Below, one piece after another: positions 48,416 through 61,829 of a stretch of DNA of 64,000 bases (position 1 is the first letter of the stretch; the number at the start of each line of letters is the position of its first letter). The position numbers and the translations under genes were made by a program. The stretch comes from Squalus acanthias (Eukaryota). Location: NCBI GenBank assembly GCA_030390025.1, contig CM059433.1, forward strand, positions 31,126,001-31,190,000, in the 5' to 3' direction. The notes under the pieces are model-generated. The model was not told the DNA's origin. It searched no databases and saw only the letters and a program-made list of their open reading frames with translations.

Positions 48416-48769
48416 TATGTTTGTAGAGCCAACACTTAGAGACCCCCAATTCGACGGGATAAAACTCGGGCTGGTTCTACATCGGGCGGGCAATCTGCAC
48501 CGCCAAGTTAACGCCCACCTGGTGAAGTTAAACATGACCCCCCACTATTGTTGACGCTGCGTTAAGCCTCATTGAAACAGCGTTGTAAACCATAGACAGA
48601 GAGGTTACAGTGGGAGTGGAAGGAAGGCGTTTGTGTGGTGAGTCAGTGTCACACAGGTCAGGGACAGAATGGAAATGTTTGCCGAGTTTAGATGTGTTGA
48701 CATAAAATGGCTGACGTACATCGACATAAAATGGCTGATATAATATGCATTATGGGAAAGTGGAGTGCT

Positions 48770-48965
48770 CCTAATGCTCCAACGAATTGTTTGCCCTGTG
48801 GCTGCAGCTTGGGTGGTGAAAGGCCGCTGAACTTCCATTGAGGACACTTCAGATGACTGTGGTGGGTGAACTCGAGCAGCTGTGTGCTTGGAGGGCCCGG
48901 CTGCAGACTGCAGCATCTCGACCTGGGGCAAATATTGTGTGCTGCCTGGGAGAACACTAACAGGC
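48770..48965 (-). pseudogene. Orphan fragment of a Harbinger Myb-gene last exon
   Basis: LQSAAGPS..TAAR.HPPQSS...QRPFTTQAAATG resembles VQSAAGASRPRAGRGHPSRAS...QQPSTSLAAATG in ORF 18438-19205. Confidence 0.65.
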
Positions 48966-49061
48966 ACGTGCAGTGCACACCCTTCCCCGCCCCCTGTGCG
49001 CCTGTTTCCGTGGCAATCGAATTTCTAGTCGGTAGAGTCTAGATAAGAGAAATCTAGAAGC

Positions 49062-49272
49062 ATAGCAGGGAGTTCTCGCAGTGTCTCGGACAACATTCAT
49101 CCCTCAACCAACATCAGCAAAGACAGATTACCTGGCCATTTATATCCTTCATCATTTGTGGGACCTTACTGTGGACAAAATGGCTACCGCAAACGAGTGA
49201 CTGCACGTCAAAAGAAATCCATTGGTTATGAAGTGCTTTGGCATGCTCTGAGGATATGACAAGGTGCTATAT
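49062..49272 (+). mobile_element. Old DeuSINE fragment
   Basis: Diverged match to the SINE body and tail. Confidence 0.6.
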
Positions 49273-49276
49273 CAGT

Positions 49277-52200
49277 ACATAAGAACATAAGAAATAGGAA
49301 CAGGAGTAGGCCATACGGCCACTCGAGCCTGCTCCGCCATTCAATAAGATCATGGCTGATCATTGACCTCAACTCCACTTTCCCGCCTGATCTCCATATC
49401 CCTTGATTCCCCTAGAGTCCAAAAATCTATCTATCTCAGCTTTGAATATACTCAAAGACTCAGCATCCACAGCCATCTGGGGCAGAGAATTCCAAAGATT
49501 CACAACACTCTGAGTGAAGAAATTCCTCCTCATCTTGGTCTTAAATGGTCTACCCCTTATCCTGAGACTATGCCCCCTAGTTCTAGACACTCCAGCCAGG
49601 GGAAACAACCTCTCAGCATCTACCCTGTCAATCCCCTTCAGAATCTTGTATGTTTCAATAAGATCGCCTCTCATTCTTCTAAACACCAGAAAGAATAGGC
49701 CCATTCTACACAATCTCTCATCATAGGACAGCCCTCTCATCCCAGGAATCAATCTAGTGAACCTTTGTTGCACCGCCTCCAAGGCAAGTATATCCTTCCT
49801 TCAATAAGGAGACCAAAACTGTGCACAGTACTCCAGGTGTGGTCTCACCAAGGCCCTATACAATTGCAGCAAGACTTCCTTACTCTTATACACCAACCCC
49901 CTTGCAATAAAGGCCAACATGCCATTTGCCTTCCTTATTGCTTGCTGTACCTGCATGCTAGCTTTCTGTGTTTCTTGCACGAGGACACCCAAATCTCTCT
50001 GAACACCAACATTTGAAAGTTTCTCACCATTTAAAAAAATTCTGTTTTTCTATTCTTCCTACCAAAGTGAATAACCTCACATTTCCCTACATTATACTCC
50101 ATCTGCCACCTTACTGCCCACTCACTTAGTCTATCTATATCCCTTTGCAGACTCACAGCTTACTGTCCCACCTAGCTTTGTATCATCAGCAAACTTGGAT
50201 GCATTACACTCGATCCCTTCATCTAGGTCATTAATATAGATTGTAAATAGCTGAGGCCCCAACACTGATCCTTGCTGCACCCCACTAGTTACAGCCTGCC
50301 AACCTGAAAAAGATCCGTTTATCCCTACTCTCTGTTTTCTGTCCGTTAACCAAGTATAAGGCGACCAAAACTGCACAGTACTCCAGATGAGGTCTCACCA
50401 AGGCCCTGTACAATTGTAGCAAGACTTCCTTACTCTTATACTCCAACCCCTTTGCAATAAAGACCAACATGCCATTTGCCTTCCTTATTACTTGCTGTAC
50501 CTGCATGCTAGCTTTCTGTGTTTCTTGCATGAGGACACCCAAATCTTTCTGAACACCAACATTTGAAAGTTTCTCACCATTTCAAAAATTTTCTATTTTT
50601 CTATTCTTCCTACCAAAGTGAATAACCTCACATTTCCCTACATTATACACCATCTGCCACCTTACTGCCCAGTCACTTAGTCTATCTATATCACTTTGCA
50701 GACTCTTTGGGCTGGATTTTGCCAATGGGGAGCTTTTGGAGGCGGAACTCCCACTTGTCGGGTTTTAGTCCCGCCTCCATCGACTTCTGGCCAACCCACG
50801 CTATTTTCCCTTGATTGACCTTGTTAAGCCCGCCCAGCGGGCTTATCAGGCCAATTAAGGGAAAGCTGGTTACAGAGAATGTCAGCGTATGACGTTTCAT
50901 CTGTCAAAACTTTTTGACAGATGAATTGTCATCGTTTGACAGCTCTGTGAAGCTGTCACACACTTACATTCTATGTTGTTTGATGAGTTCTTGTATTCAA
51001 GACTCATCAAACCGCTTTTGTGAGCAGAAATTAGATGGTTGTTGCATTGGAGAATGCAGCAGCCATCTGTCATCTCTGCCGGTTAGATGCAAGACTCTCC
51101 GCATCCCCAATGTTTGAAGCCTGCAGGAAGAAACAAAGGTAAGTAAACATTTTCTAACACTTTCCACTGACCTCACATACTCACCTCTCCACACTTGCAC
51201 CCATCACTCACCTCCACAGCGCACTTTTGCACCCTGCAGACCCCCGCAGACCCACTGCTCACCTCGGTGACCCTGGCGGGGTTCACAGCCTTCGGGAAGC
51301 CCGCACTTGTGTGGGTAAAATGGGGCTAATCCTCTTATCTGCCTGTTAACTACCTGTTAACAGGCAGTTAAGTGGCTGTAATCCCCTTCCCGCCTCCAAG
51401 GAGACGGGACCCGGCGCGGGACGGCTACCCACCTCCTGGCAAGATGACACGGAGATGGGTTGAGGGCGGGATGGGCACCCGCCCCCAGATTCTGCCATTT
51501 TCCCGGCAGTCCCACCTCCATACCCGCCTCCCCAGGGCTGGCAAGATCGTGCCCTTTGTGTTCTCCTCACAGCTTACTGTCCCACCTAGATTTGTATCAT
51601 CAGCAAACTTGGATACATTATACTCAGTCCCTTCATCTAGGTCATTAATATAGATTGTAAATAGCTGAGGCCCCAACACTGATCCTTGCAGCACCCCACT
51701 AGTTACAGCCTGCCAACCTGAAAAAGACCCATTTATCCCTACTCTCTGTTTTCTGTCCGTTAACCAATCCTCTCTCCATGCTACTATATTACCCCCAATC
51801 CCATGAGCCCTTATCTTGTGTAATAACCTTTTATGTGGCACCTTATCAAATGCCTTTTGGAAATCCAAATATACTACATCCACTGGTTCCCTTTATCTAC
51901 CCTGCTAGTTACATCCTCAAAAAACTCTAATAAATTTGTCAAACACGATTTCCCTTTCATAAAACCATGTTGAATCTGCCTAATCATGTTATGATTTTCT
52001 AAGTGCCCTGATACCACTTCCTTAACAATGGATTCCAGCATTTTCTCAATGACTGATGTAAGGCTAACTGGCCTGTAGTTCCCTGTTTTCTCTCTCCCTC
52101 TTTTCTTGAATAGCGGTGTTATATTTGCTACCTTCTAATCCGCTGGGACCGTTCTAGAATCTCAGGAATTTTGGAAGATCAAAACCAATGCATCCACTAT

Positions 52201-52915
52201 CTCTGTAGCCAACTCTTTTAGAACCCTAGGATGTAGGCCGTCAGGTCCAGTGGATTTGTCGGCTGTTAGTCCCATTAGTTTCTCTAGTACTTTTTCTCTA
52301 CTTATATTAATTACGTTAAGTTCCTCACCCTCACTAGACCCTTGGTTCTCCACCATTTGTGGTATGCTTTTTGTGTCTTCTACTGTGAAGACAGATACAA
52401 AATATTTGTTTAACGTTTCTGCCATTTCCTTAAACCCCATAATAATTTCTCCTGTCTCAGCCTCTAAGGGACCAATGTTTACTTTTGCTACTCTCTTCCT
52501 TTTTACATACTTGCAGAAGCTCTTACAATCTGTTTTTATATTTCTTGCTAGTTTTCTCTCATATTCTATTTTTTCCCTTTTCATCAATTTTTGGTCATCC
52601 TTTGCTGGTTTCTGAAACTTTCCCAATCCTCAGGCTTACTACTATTCTTTGCAACATTATAAGCTTCTTCTTTCAATCTAATGCTATCCTTAACTTCTTT
52701 AGTTAGCCACGGATGGATTATGTTCCCGTCTTTGTTTCTCAATGGAATGTATTTTTGTTGAGAGTTATGAAATATTTCTTTAAATGCTAGCCACTGCTTA
52801 TCTACTGCCATACCTTTTAATCTATTTTTCCAATCTACCTTAGCCAACTCGCCCCTCATACCTATGTAATTGGCTTTATTTAAGTTTAAGACTCTAGTTT
52901 CGGACTTAGGCAAGT
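49277..52915 (-). mobile_element. CR1 LINE with an internal ~550-bp tandem duplication and a TIR-element insertion
   Basis: [52 protein letters not shown]; 49804-50353 repeated at 50356-51767. Confidence 0.92.
50709..51554. mobile_element. Non-autonomous Harbinger-type element, ~800-bp family, copy D
   Basis: GGGCTGGATTTTGCCA / TGGCAAGATCGTGCCC, TSD TTT. Confidence 0.9.
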
Positions 52916-53499
52916 ACACATTTGTCCTCTTTCTTGCTGGGGCTAAGCTTTTAAGATCTCCAATATTTCCTCATGCCTGTTGTTTTCAGTTGGTCAGTAT
53001 CTATTTGGTTGTTTAACATCTTAATGAACTTGTCTCAGAATATGGGAGCTGAAACACAACCTGTTCTTTGGTGCCACTGGCCATGATCTTAACATTTTCC
53101 TTCTGCTACCGTGTTAAGCTTATTTGCCTTGCTTTGTTTTTTTCATTTTTTTTAAACCATGCTTCTTCATTCAGTCCACCTCCCACTTTCTGTTCTTGTG
53201 CTTTGCACCTTCTGGCTTCATTAGCTAATTATGCAGTCAGGGTGTTAACTTCACATCTCATGTAGCTTCTTGAAGCAGCAGTGCACTTTTTCTCTCAATC
53301 CATGCTGTTTTCTGCGAATTAGTTTATGACTAGCTGCTTTGAGTTATAAGCCTAGCGATGAATGTTGGCGATATGAGCAGATAAAGACTCAGCGTGTTTT
53401 GCATTACATTCCCGCAATATTTTAAATCATTTAATACTTCTGCTAAGGTAGTGTAGTGGTTATGTTACTGGAAAACTAAGGTACGGTAGTGGTTATGTT

Positions 53500-53832
53500 T
53501 TTCTTTTATTCGTTCGCAAGGCTAGTTATTGCCATCCCTAATTACCCTTGAGATAATGGCATGGCCATGTCAGAGGGTCTGGAGTCATATGTAGGCCAGA
53601 CCAGGTAAGGACGGCAGATTTCCTTCCACTAAAGGACATTAGTGAACCAGATGGGTTTTTAATGACAATCTGATAGTTTCATGGTCACCATTACTGACAT
53701 TTTTTCCAGATTTATTTAATTTTTTTAATTTAAATTCCACCGCTGCCATGGTGGGATTTGAACTCACGTCTGAAGATTATTAGTTTAGGCCTCTGGATTA
53801 CTACTCCAGTAACATAACCATTAAACTACCAC
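53500..53832 (-). mobile_element. tRNA-like SINE (second family) with a tail shared with the 2150-5155 LINE
   Basis: Minus strand has the GTGGTTATGTTACTGG head and GAGTTCAAATCCC B box; inverted counterpart at 53880-54325. Confidence 0.7.
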
Positions 53833-53879
53833 TAGGGTATGGTAGTGGTGGGGTTATGTTATTAGAGAACCAATATATG

Positions 53880-54325
53880 GTATGGTAGTATAGTGGTTGT
53901 TACTGGGTGACTAATCCATAGGCTTGGACGAAAAATATCAGAGCAATTCAAGTTCAAATTCCACCGTGGCAGTTTGAGAATTTCAATTCAGTGTTTTAAA
54001 AACATTTGGAAATAAAAAGCTGGTATCAGTAAAAGTGACCGTGAAGCTGTCAGATTGTTGTAAAAACCCAACTGGTTCACTAATGTTGCTTAGAGAAGGA
54101 AACCTGCCGTCCTTACCCAGTCCGGACTATCTGTGATTCCAGACCCTCACCAACGTGGTTGACTCTGAACAGCCCTCTGCAGTGCTCTAGCAAGCCATTC
54201 AGTTGTATCAAAAGAATAACAAGAATTGCAGCAGTTCAAGAAGGCAGCCCACCACCACCTTCTCAGGACAACTAGGGATGGGCCGTCCTTGACAGCGATG
54301 CCCACATCCCAAGAATGTCTAAAAA
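53880..54325 (+). mobile_element. tRNA-like SINE (second family)
   Basis: TGGTAGTATAGTGG A box, AGTTCAAATTCC B box, 3' GCAGCAGTTCAAGAAGGCAGCCCACCACCACCTTCTC...GCGATGCCCACATCCC matching 5055-5140. Confidence 0.75.
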
Positions 54326-54871
54326 CAGTAGTGATTATATAAATGTGTTAAAGGTGTCAAGTGTTGGGCTGCTAATATTGCCAACGGTCATTCTTAGGCT
54401 TTAGATTTTTGTCATTTTGGGTTTCTTCGACAATCGGTTTAGTTAATTTTCCAGTAAAACAAATCCTGTACTTTTCTCCTTGTTTTCTCTTCCCCTTTTC
54501 TTAAAGGAGCCAGGATTCTGTGTCACATCTGAATTGGTATACCTGAAACTGACAGTGGGCGGAATAGATTATTCTCCAGCTCGGTCATCTTTCGTAATGC
54601 TGACCACAAAATTTCACTGAATTGTGAGTCTTTGGGTGGAGCAGGAACAGCCCATTTCGAAAGCCCGGCTTAACATTAACCGTACTGGCTGCCAGTGCAG
54701 TGTAAACCCATGGAGCAGCAACTTTCAAATGTTTTCCCGTGTGGGGGGATGCCCTGCAAATACTGACTGACACAGCCCCAGGGCGCCCCGTCCTAATTTA
54801 CTGAAAGGTGGTGTGAGCTATCGAGAAAGTGCACGGCCAAAACATTGATATTAGTATGCAGCAAGAAAGAC

Positions 54872-55225
54872 CACATAGAAACAGGAGTAGGCAATTCAGC
54901 CCCTAGAGCCCATTCCACCATTCAATTAGATCACAGCTGAGCTGCATCTTAACTGTAGCCGCCTTGGTTCCGGAATAGCCTTGCCTAACAAAAGTCTCAG
55001 TTTTGACGTTTTCAATTGCCCCCCAGCCTCAACAGCATTTTGGGGGCGAGTGTTCCAGATTTCCACTCCCCTTTGCTGAAGAAATGCCTCCTGACATCAT
55101 CCCTGAATGGCTTAGCTCTAATTTTAAGATTCTGCCCACATGATCTGGATTCTCCCACCAGAGAAAAATAGTTTCTCTCCATCTACCCTATCATATTCCT
55201 TAATCATCTTAAGCACCACAATTAT
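54872..55225 (-). mobile_element. Old CR1 3' fragment
   Basis: Diverged match to the CR1 3' UTR and RT end. Confidence 0.7.
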
Positions 55226-56879
55226 GCTGGTGATTCAAAAATGCAGAAAATTCTAAATTTGATGGCAGACAGATAGAAATCCGATGAGTTCAGGATCCAC
55301 TTGTGGGAAAGACCTTTGAGAAGCTTTGCTGCACAATCCTCTTATTTTTTGAAAACCTGGTCAAGTACTGGGCAAGAGGATAAAACGTGAGCAGTGTTGT
55401 TGTCACTCAATTGTAACAGCTTATTGACAAGTCCGTAAGACCTTTGACTGTTACTAATAAAGCTGCTTTGGGTCAAGAAGGCACTTGCACCTGTTAACAA
55501 ATCTGCTACGACAAGAGGGCACTGTAGCCTCATTCACTAACCAGTGAGTGCTCTCCGACAAGTATTAAAGTCTCTGTGGGATATAAATATGTATTTCTTT
55601 TGTTGGTCTAACATTGAAATGCCTTGACAAAAAAAGTTAATTTTATCCCTACTGAACAGTATTTTTTTCCCCCCTGGTAGTAACGGAGCAATTAATGAAC
55701 TAGTAATAATTCGAATGCCAAACTGCTGCCTTAGAGTATAAATTTGCTAAAACCTTGATTTGCCATTAAGAGTTCTATTCTACCTGCGCCAACTTTCCCT
55801 TTTTTGACACATTAACGTTGATGCGAGTCTCAATGATAGCTCGTGAGTAGTAATTAATCAATCCATACCAAACAGCATTTCTAGTCCCTTTGACTGAAGA
55901 AACGGTATTTTAAAAGAATGCAAAAGAATCTTCGCGCAAGTGTCTCAAGCAGGTGTACGGTGCCTGGATACTGCCTTCTTACCCAAGTGTCATTGCCTGG
56001 TTCACTGCAGTCCTCTGCACCATTCTATCAATCGTTAGCCTGCAGTTTCCGTCAGTCTGGTCGTCATCCAACTTTGCTTTTCAGCCCTATTTCCATCAGT
56101 AATGGGAGCTTTGCTCTGAACCCTACTATATATCTTATCTGTTCCAGCTCTCTACTATCCAAATACATCTTTTCATATCATTAATACTTACTCCTTGTTT
56201 CCTTCTTCTTAGGTCACGGAACCTTTATATTTTGATTTATCTATTGCAGCATTTGACATGTGTCTCTATTTGCATTTCATTAGTTCCAATTGCCTGTGGC
56301 TTACTGTATTGTGTCCAGAAATAGCGCATTGCCTCTCAATGTACTACACAAGCCACAGCACATTTTTATACTGCATCAGCCACAGTGCAATGCATCTCTT
56401 CCCATTATACTACGTCAACGATAAAGCAGTGCTTCATTTTTTGGTGTACTGCACCAGTATCAGCTACAGTATGTTCATTTCTCACTGTTTTGAATCAATT
56501 ATGGTGCAGTGTTCTGCTTCTCAATGTATTGCTTCAGTCAAGGTACTTTATTTCAATTCCTCAATGCATTGCATCAAGCAGAATGCGGGGCCATAGTTCT
56601 CACTGTACTGTATTACCCATGGCTAAAACTCTCATTGCATTGTCAGTCGCAAATTGGTCCATCTTCATCATTACATCAGATCTTACAGTTATGAAGCACA
56701 CTTGGTGCGCCAGTTCCATCAGTCTTACTGCTTCATTTTGTTAATGTATTTCTTCTGGTATGTTGCTCACTCATATTTCTTAACTTTACTGCCTGGCTTC
56801 ATCCGCAGTGCCATTTATACTTTTTATCTTTCTAACCCTTTCAAATTGTTTATTTTAGAGATCTTTATGTCGCTGTTAT

Positions 56880-57347
56880 CCATGCTCATCCATGCTTTTG
56901 TCATCTCCAGACTTCACTATTCCAATGCTCTCCTGCTGGCTTCCCAACTTTCACCCTCCAATGCCCCAATTTTAAAATTCTCATCCTCGTGTTCAAATCT
57001 CTCCATGGCCTTGCCCCTCCCTATCTCTGTAGCCTCCTCCAGTCCTACAACACTCTGAGAACTCTGTGTTTCTCCAACTCTGGCCTCTTGTCCACCCCCT
57101 CCACTTCCTTTACTCCACCATTGGCAGCCGTGCCTTCAGCCGTCTAGGCCCCAACCTCAGGAATTCCCTCCCTAAACCTCTCCGACTCTCTCATCTCTTT
57201 GGACCCGCCTTCAAACCTACCACTTGGACCAAGCTTTTGGTCACCTGTCCCAATGTCTCCTTCTTTGGCTCGGTGTCAATTTCTGATTATGCTCCTGTGA
57301 ACCGCCTTGGGACATTAAGAGTGCTATATAAGTACAAGTTGTTGTTG
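56880..57347 (+). mobile_element. L2 LINE 3' fragment
   Basis: LIHAFVISRLHYSNALL and IGSRAFSRLGP.LRNSLP; (GTT)n tail. Confidence 0.8.
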
Positions 57348-57433
57348 ATAGGCAATGGCTTTAACTGTTTAGTGCTGGGGCAAGTGCCACCAGTGTTATC
57401 AGTTAGTTCTGCAAATCAATTAATGAAACCTTT

Positions 57434-58048
57434 GGGCTAGATTTTCATTGACCCGTGGAGGTGGGTTTGGAGGCGTGTGGGGGGTTAAAATTGCCCGCCT
57501 CAATCCCGCCTCCACGCAATTTTCATTAAATCGTGTCTGCTGGTCCCGACTCCGTCCCGCCTCTAAGAGGCGGGATAGGCTGTTAAGGCCCTTAACAAGC
57601 ACTAAATTGCCTCTATAATGCCATTTGAAAGGCCTTTGTGATTTTAACCCTTTTTCTACGTGAAGCACGCCTGTTCTGAACCACGATTGTGAAACCTGGC
57701 GGGAGCACATTTGGCTGGATGGATGGATGGATGACATATCTGGGAGTGGTGGTGCAAAAATATCTGGGAGCAGACTTAGGGCTGCTGCTGCTCATTTTGC
57801 ATCCAGGTCCTCTCACAGCAAACGCCAGGCAGTCTTTGCAGACCTTCAATGCAGCAGCAATGATAACATCATCAGAGGCGACTTTCAGACTGAAAACACT
57901 AATTGGGTCATGGGTTCCCACATGCTGGAACTCAATTGCCCAATTAGGTGAAAATCGCATCAATCTCCCACATCCAATTGCAGTCGGGTGGATAACACGA
58001 AAAGTGGATGACACGACCCCAACCCGCCCCAGTATCAAAATCCAGCCC
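57434..58048. mobile_element. Non-autonomous Harbinger-type element
   Basis: GGGCTAGATTTT / AAAATCCAGCCC, TSD TTT; termini related to 15093-15934. Confidence 0.8.
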
Positions 58049-58152
58049 TTTGGGTTTCATTCCATGTCTTAGGCAACTCAGATCTTCAAGTTCTAATTAC
58101 AGTTTGTGCTCAGCATCTCAGTTGGAGTCAGATTTTGTATTTGCTCAACAAT

Positions 58153-58782
58153 GGGGGAGATTTTAACCCTACCAGCCTAGCAGAAACTGAGTGGCTGAGC
58201 AGTTAAAATCGCAGATGTTACTTACCCACCCTGGATCTGCTGGGAGCTGGCCGATCACAATTTTAACCTGCTAAAGTGAGCAGGCGACAAGGACACCCCT
58301 CCAAAGCCAGCGGGATCCTTTTTAATATACGCACGTTGGGTCCCCATAATGTCTTCAGGACGTGACTGCAATTGTAACTCGGAAGCCTGAGCGAGCAATA
58401 GCGGCGAGTTTTCCACCAGGCCAAATGTTTGGGGAAGCGGATCAGGGCTGGAATTTAATTTTTTTTTAACTCTCCTGGTGGTGCCAGGAAGAGCAGGAGT
58501 TCTCCTCTGAGCCTGCAAGGAAAGTTTCAGCCTCCCCTGCCACGGACTCGTGCCTTGCTCCTGATCTTGAAACTTCCGCAGGACAGCCCCAGCAGCTGAT
58601 CCCACCAGTTTCCTGGTCTCGGTGGTGAGTGGCCTCCGCTGCTTCCCGCTGACTTCCTGCCCGGTGTGACTTAAATGAGGCCCCACGTGTTATACTACAA
58701 CGGGCCTCATTTCTAGAGCACCGCGTGAGTCTCACAACGCTGCTCACCCGCCCAAAACTGGGCCGGAGTTAAAATCGGGCCC
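58153..58782. mobile_element. Non-autonomous TIR element
   Basis: GGGGGAGATTTTAAC / GTTAAAATCGGGCCC; repeated TTTTAAC/GTTAAAA subterminal motifs. Confidence 0.65.
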
Positions 58783-60199
58783 TAAGTTTCATTGGACATT
58801 GTTCTTCATTACAGGTTTTTTTTTGTCATTTTAATCTAATTCTGCTCCAATATTGAGCACCTTGTCTTGGTTATCTCTGTCAAGCTCTGCTGCTCCATTA
58901 AGGGTTTAAGTCAAAGCTTGGCTTTTATACCTGAGCTGAGAGGATTGGTTTTTATTTCAGGGATCTCTTGTTGGATGCACATCTTTTGTTGGATATTGCA
59001 GTCATGCTTAGTGTTTCAATTGTTAACTTGCAAAGACTCAGTTCTTCCAGTGTTTTGTGCTGTCAGTTTGATCGGAATATCTCTTTATTGCACACCTCAA
59101 TCGACTCTTGGTCCTTGCCACACAGTACAATGCTGCTTGGCTCTAATTTTCTTGTTACACATCTTGATCAGATAGTGATTTATCAGTCATCGCACTATGG
59201 CTGTGCTCTTTGCATGCCTTGGGGGTCAAGCTCTGGTCTTCATTCCACATTTCCGTCAGACAGTTTGGTGAAACTTGACTCTTGACTGCACATTTCTAGC
59301 TGGCTCGTGACCTTTTGAACATTCATTACTTTGGATTAAATGAATCGTGCTTCACTGCTCGAGGTATCTATTGTGTGCTGCTTTGCATTTCAATATAATG
59401 CATACAGTGCTTTAGTTTATAGTATTTAATCTCCACTGTGGTGCTTTGCTTATGTATTTTCTTATGCCAGTCATACCATTCTGTGCGCATCTAACATCAC
59501 ATCTTACCGGTTCTAGTGCTGAACTCACCACCCCGTTCCCTCGCCCGATCGGCCCGCTTCCATTTCCAATCAGTTTTGGAAATGGGCAGCCGCTGTTTTA
59601 GGTGCGTGCTTTATTAGGTAATGCTCTACGCCCACTAGGCATGGAGTGGCCTAACCATCAGCCCTTAAAGGCACCACTGCAGGCTGCTGATGGAACTAGC
59701 AAGTGTCTGTTTTTGTGGGGCCAGGATGAGCAGTGAGCTGCCCATCGCTGCTGGTTCAGCCTTTGCAGGTATTTCGTAACCCTTCCAGACAATTTTTGGC
59801 TTTAACTCCATACTCTCACCAGTGACTCTATCCCCCACCCCAACTACACTCTCAGACTGGACCAGACTGTCTGCAACCTTGGTGTCTTATTTGACCAGGA
59901 GATAAGCTTCTAACCCCATAAACCCCTCCATCACAAAGAATGCCTATATTGTATGTGCTGTCTGTGTTTTTAAAATAAAAACGTTCTGTTGTGATTTAAA
60001 AGATTTTTGCACCGCTACGTGATATTGTTATGGCCAGTGAGGGTGCTGTGGGATATGGAGAAAGGGCACCACATTTGGTGTAAAGAGATAGAGCTGCCAT
60101 GGCACATTAAATGGTGGCGCTCACTAGATGGGCTGAATCACCTACTCCTGTTACCATGGTGACTTCATACAATCTGTGATTACTGTCACTGAGAGCCAT

Positions 60200-60966
60200 G
60201 GCCCAGAAATTAAACAGTGAGGGTTCCCGCGGGGGTAAGGATTCCCCGCGATATCGCACTCCGCGCCTACCTTTTTGCTCCGGGCCCACACGAACTTTAG
60301 TTTGAAAGGCTGTCTCTCTTGGAACTGTGCAGTGCTTGCGTGACCCAGAGACGCAATTAGTTCATGCGAGCTCTGGGATCACGTGATTCAGTTAGAGCCA
60401 ATGGCAGCACACCATCTTTCATTCATAGTTTTGACAGGAAGACCTGTCAAAGCTATGAATACTACACACCCCCAAAAGAACAGCTAAACCTCAATTAAAT
60501 TTAAAAAAAAAGCCATCACATTAATAAAATAAGTATAGTTAAATAAATTAACCACTTTAAACAAAAAATAAAATTTTTGAAATTTTTTTAAATCTTTTTA
60601 AAAGTTATAAAAATAAACTTACCTTTCTTTAAAGTCTCTAAAAAAGATAAACCTGTTGAAATTTTTTTAAAAATAACACTTAATTAACTACTTACCTTGT
60701 TAAAAGGGGGGTCCTACGCCTGCTTTCTTTATGTGTAAAATCTTCACCACTTACCTGCGTGTTCAAAGCTGAAAAAATAACTAAGTGCACTGCGTGCGCA
60801 CAGCCTGTAGCGCGCACGCGGTTCACTTAGGAACCGCCCCCTTTTCAATTCACGAAGTGCCGGTTTCCCGCGCATGCGCAGTGCATGCAGGAAACCGGCA
60901 ATTCGGGATCTAATACGCGAGAGTACACAGTGCGTACTCTCGCGTATTAGGTTTAATTTTCGGGCC
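60200..60966. mobile_element. Non-autonomous Harbinger-type element (AT-core family), copy 2
   Basis: GGCCCAGAAATT / AATTTTCGGGCC, TSD CAT; collinear with 840-1581. Confidence 0.88.
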
Positions 60967-61829
60967 CATGTTTTGGATTGCATAATACGCTCTTATAATA
61001 GAAAAGGTCATCAGCCTAAAGATAGACATGGAAATCACAACACAAGAAGAGGCCGTTCGGCACAACCAGTCCTTGTTGGTGTTTATCCTCCACGAGTAGT
61101 AGTCCTAATTCCATGTTCCCGCCCTTTCCCCCATACCCCTTCATTCCCTTTTCCTGCAACCTATTATCTTACCTATTGTTAAACACTCTGACATGGTCTC
61201 TGCTTCAAGCACTAACTCCAGTAGTGCAACCCACAGCCGCCCACAACCCTCTGTAAAGAAGGTTCCTCCCGCTCTCCTTCCTCAATCCCTTGCATTTAAT
61301 CCATGTTCAAGTGGGTAAGAATGAGAGTGGGTCGGACTAAGACCAATTTAGATGCACACAGGAGAAGAATAATCCTTCCAAGAATCAGTCCCTTGTTTGC
61401 CCCGACAGATCTGAGGTTTTGGACCAATGTCAACCCTCCTAACTTAGAAAATGACCAGGATGAAAGTAAATCCATCAACTGACAAGTGTAGGGGCAGAGC
61501 TCGGCTTTGAATAGTAGTATGGGGAAATAGCTTTTGTAATGCCACAAGAGCAATAATCTGTTGGAAATTTCATATGGGCTTCAACACTCAGTGACATCTT
61601 TTTGCAGGTTTTGTATTTTTTTTTATCCGAGTTAAACCATCCAAAATGTGCAGTTCCTTTTCCTGGTGGTTTTATTTGGAGGGAGTAATCATTCCTTTAG
61701 TTGTTGTCTAACTGCAGCTGAAATTCCCACAATGAAAATGATGCCAGGCATAAGGGCATAAATTTTTAAAACAGATGAATTTCTGCTCTTTGTTACAAAC
61801 TGCTACAAGAAGCAAGCATAAGAAGATAA

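Noticed and set aside
53445..53900. CRISPR-like or regularly spaced repeat array
   Set aside because: The repeats are irregular SINE head fragments in eukaryotic DNA; no constant repeat-spacer period and no cas genes.
56240..56760. Cys-rich ORFs as further EGF exons
   Set aside because: No EGF cysteine spacing or splice context; low-complexity ACTG/CATTG-rich sequence on the strand opposite the host gene.
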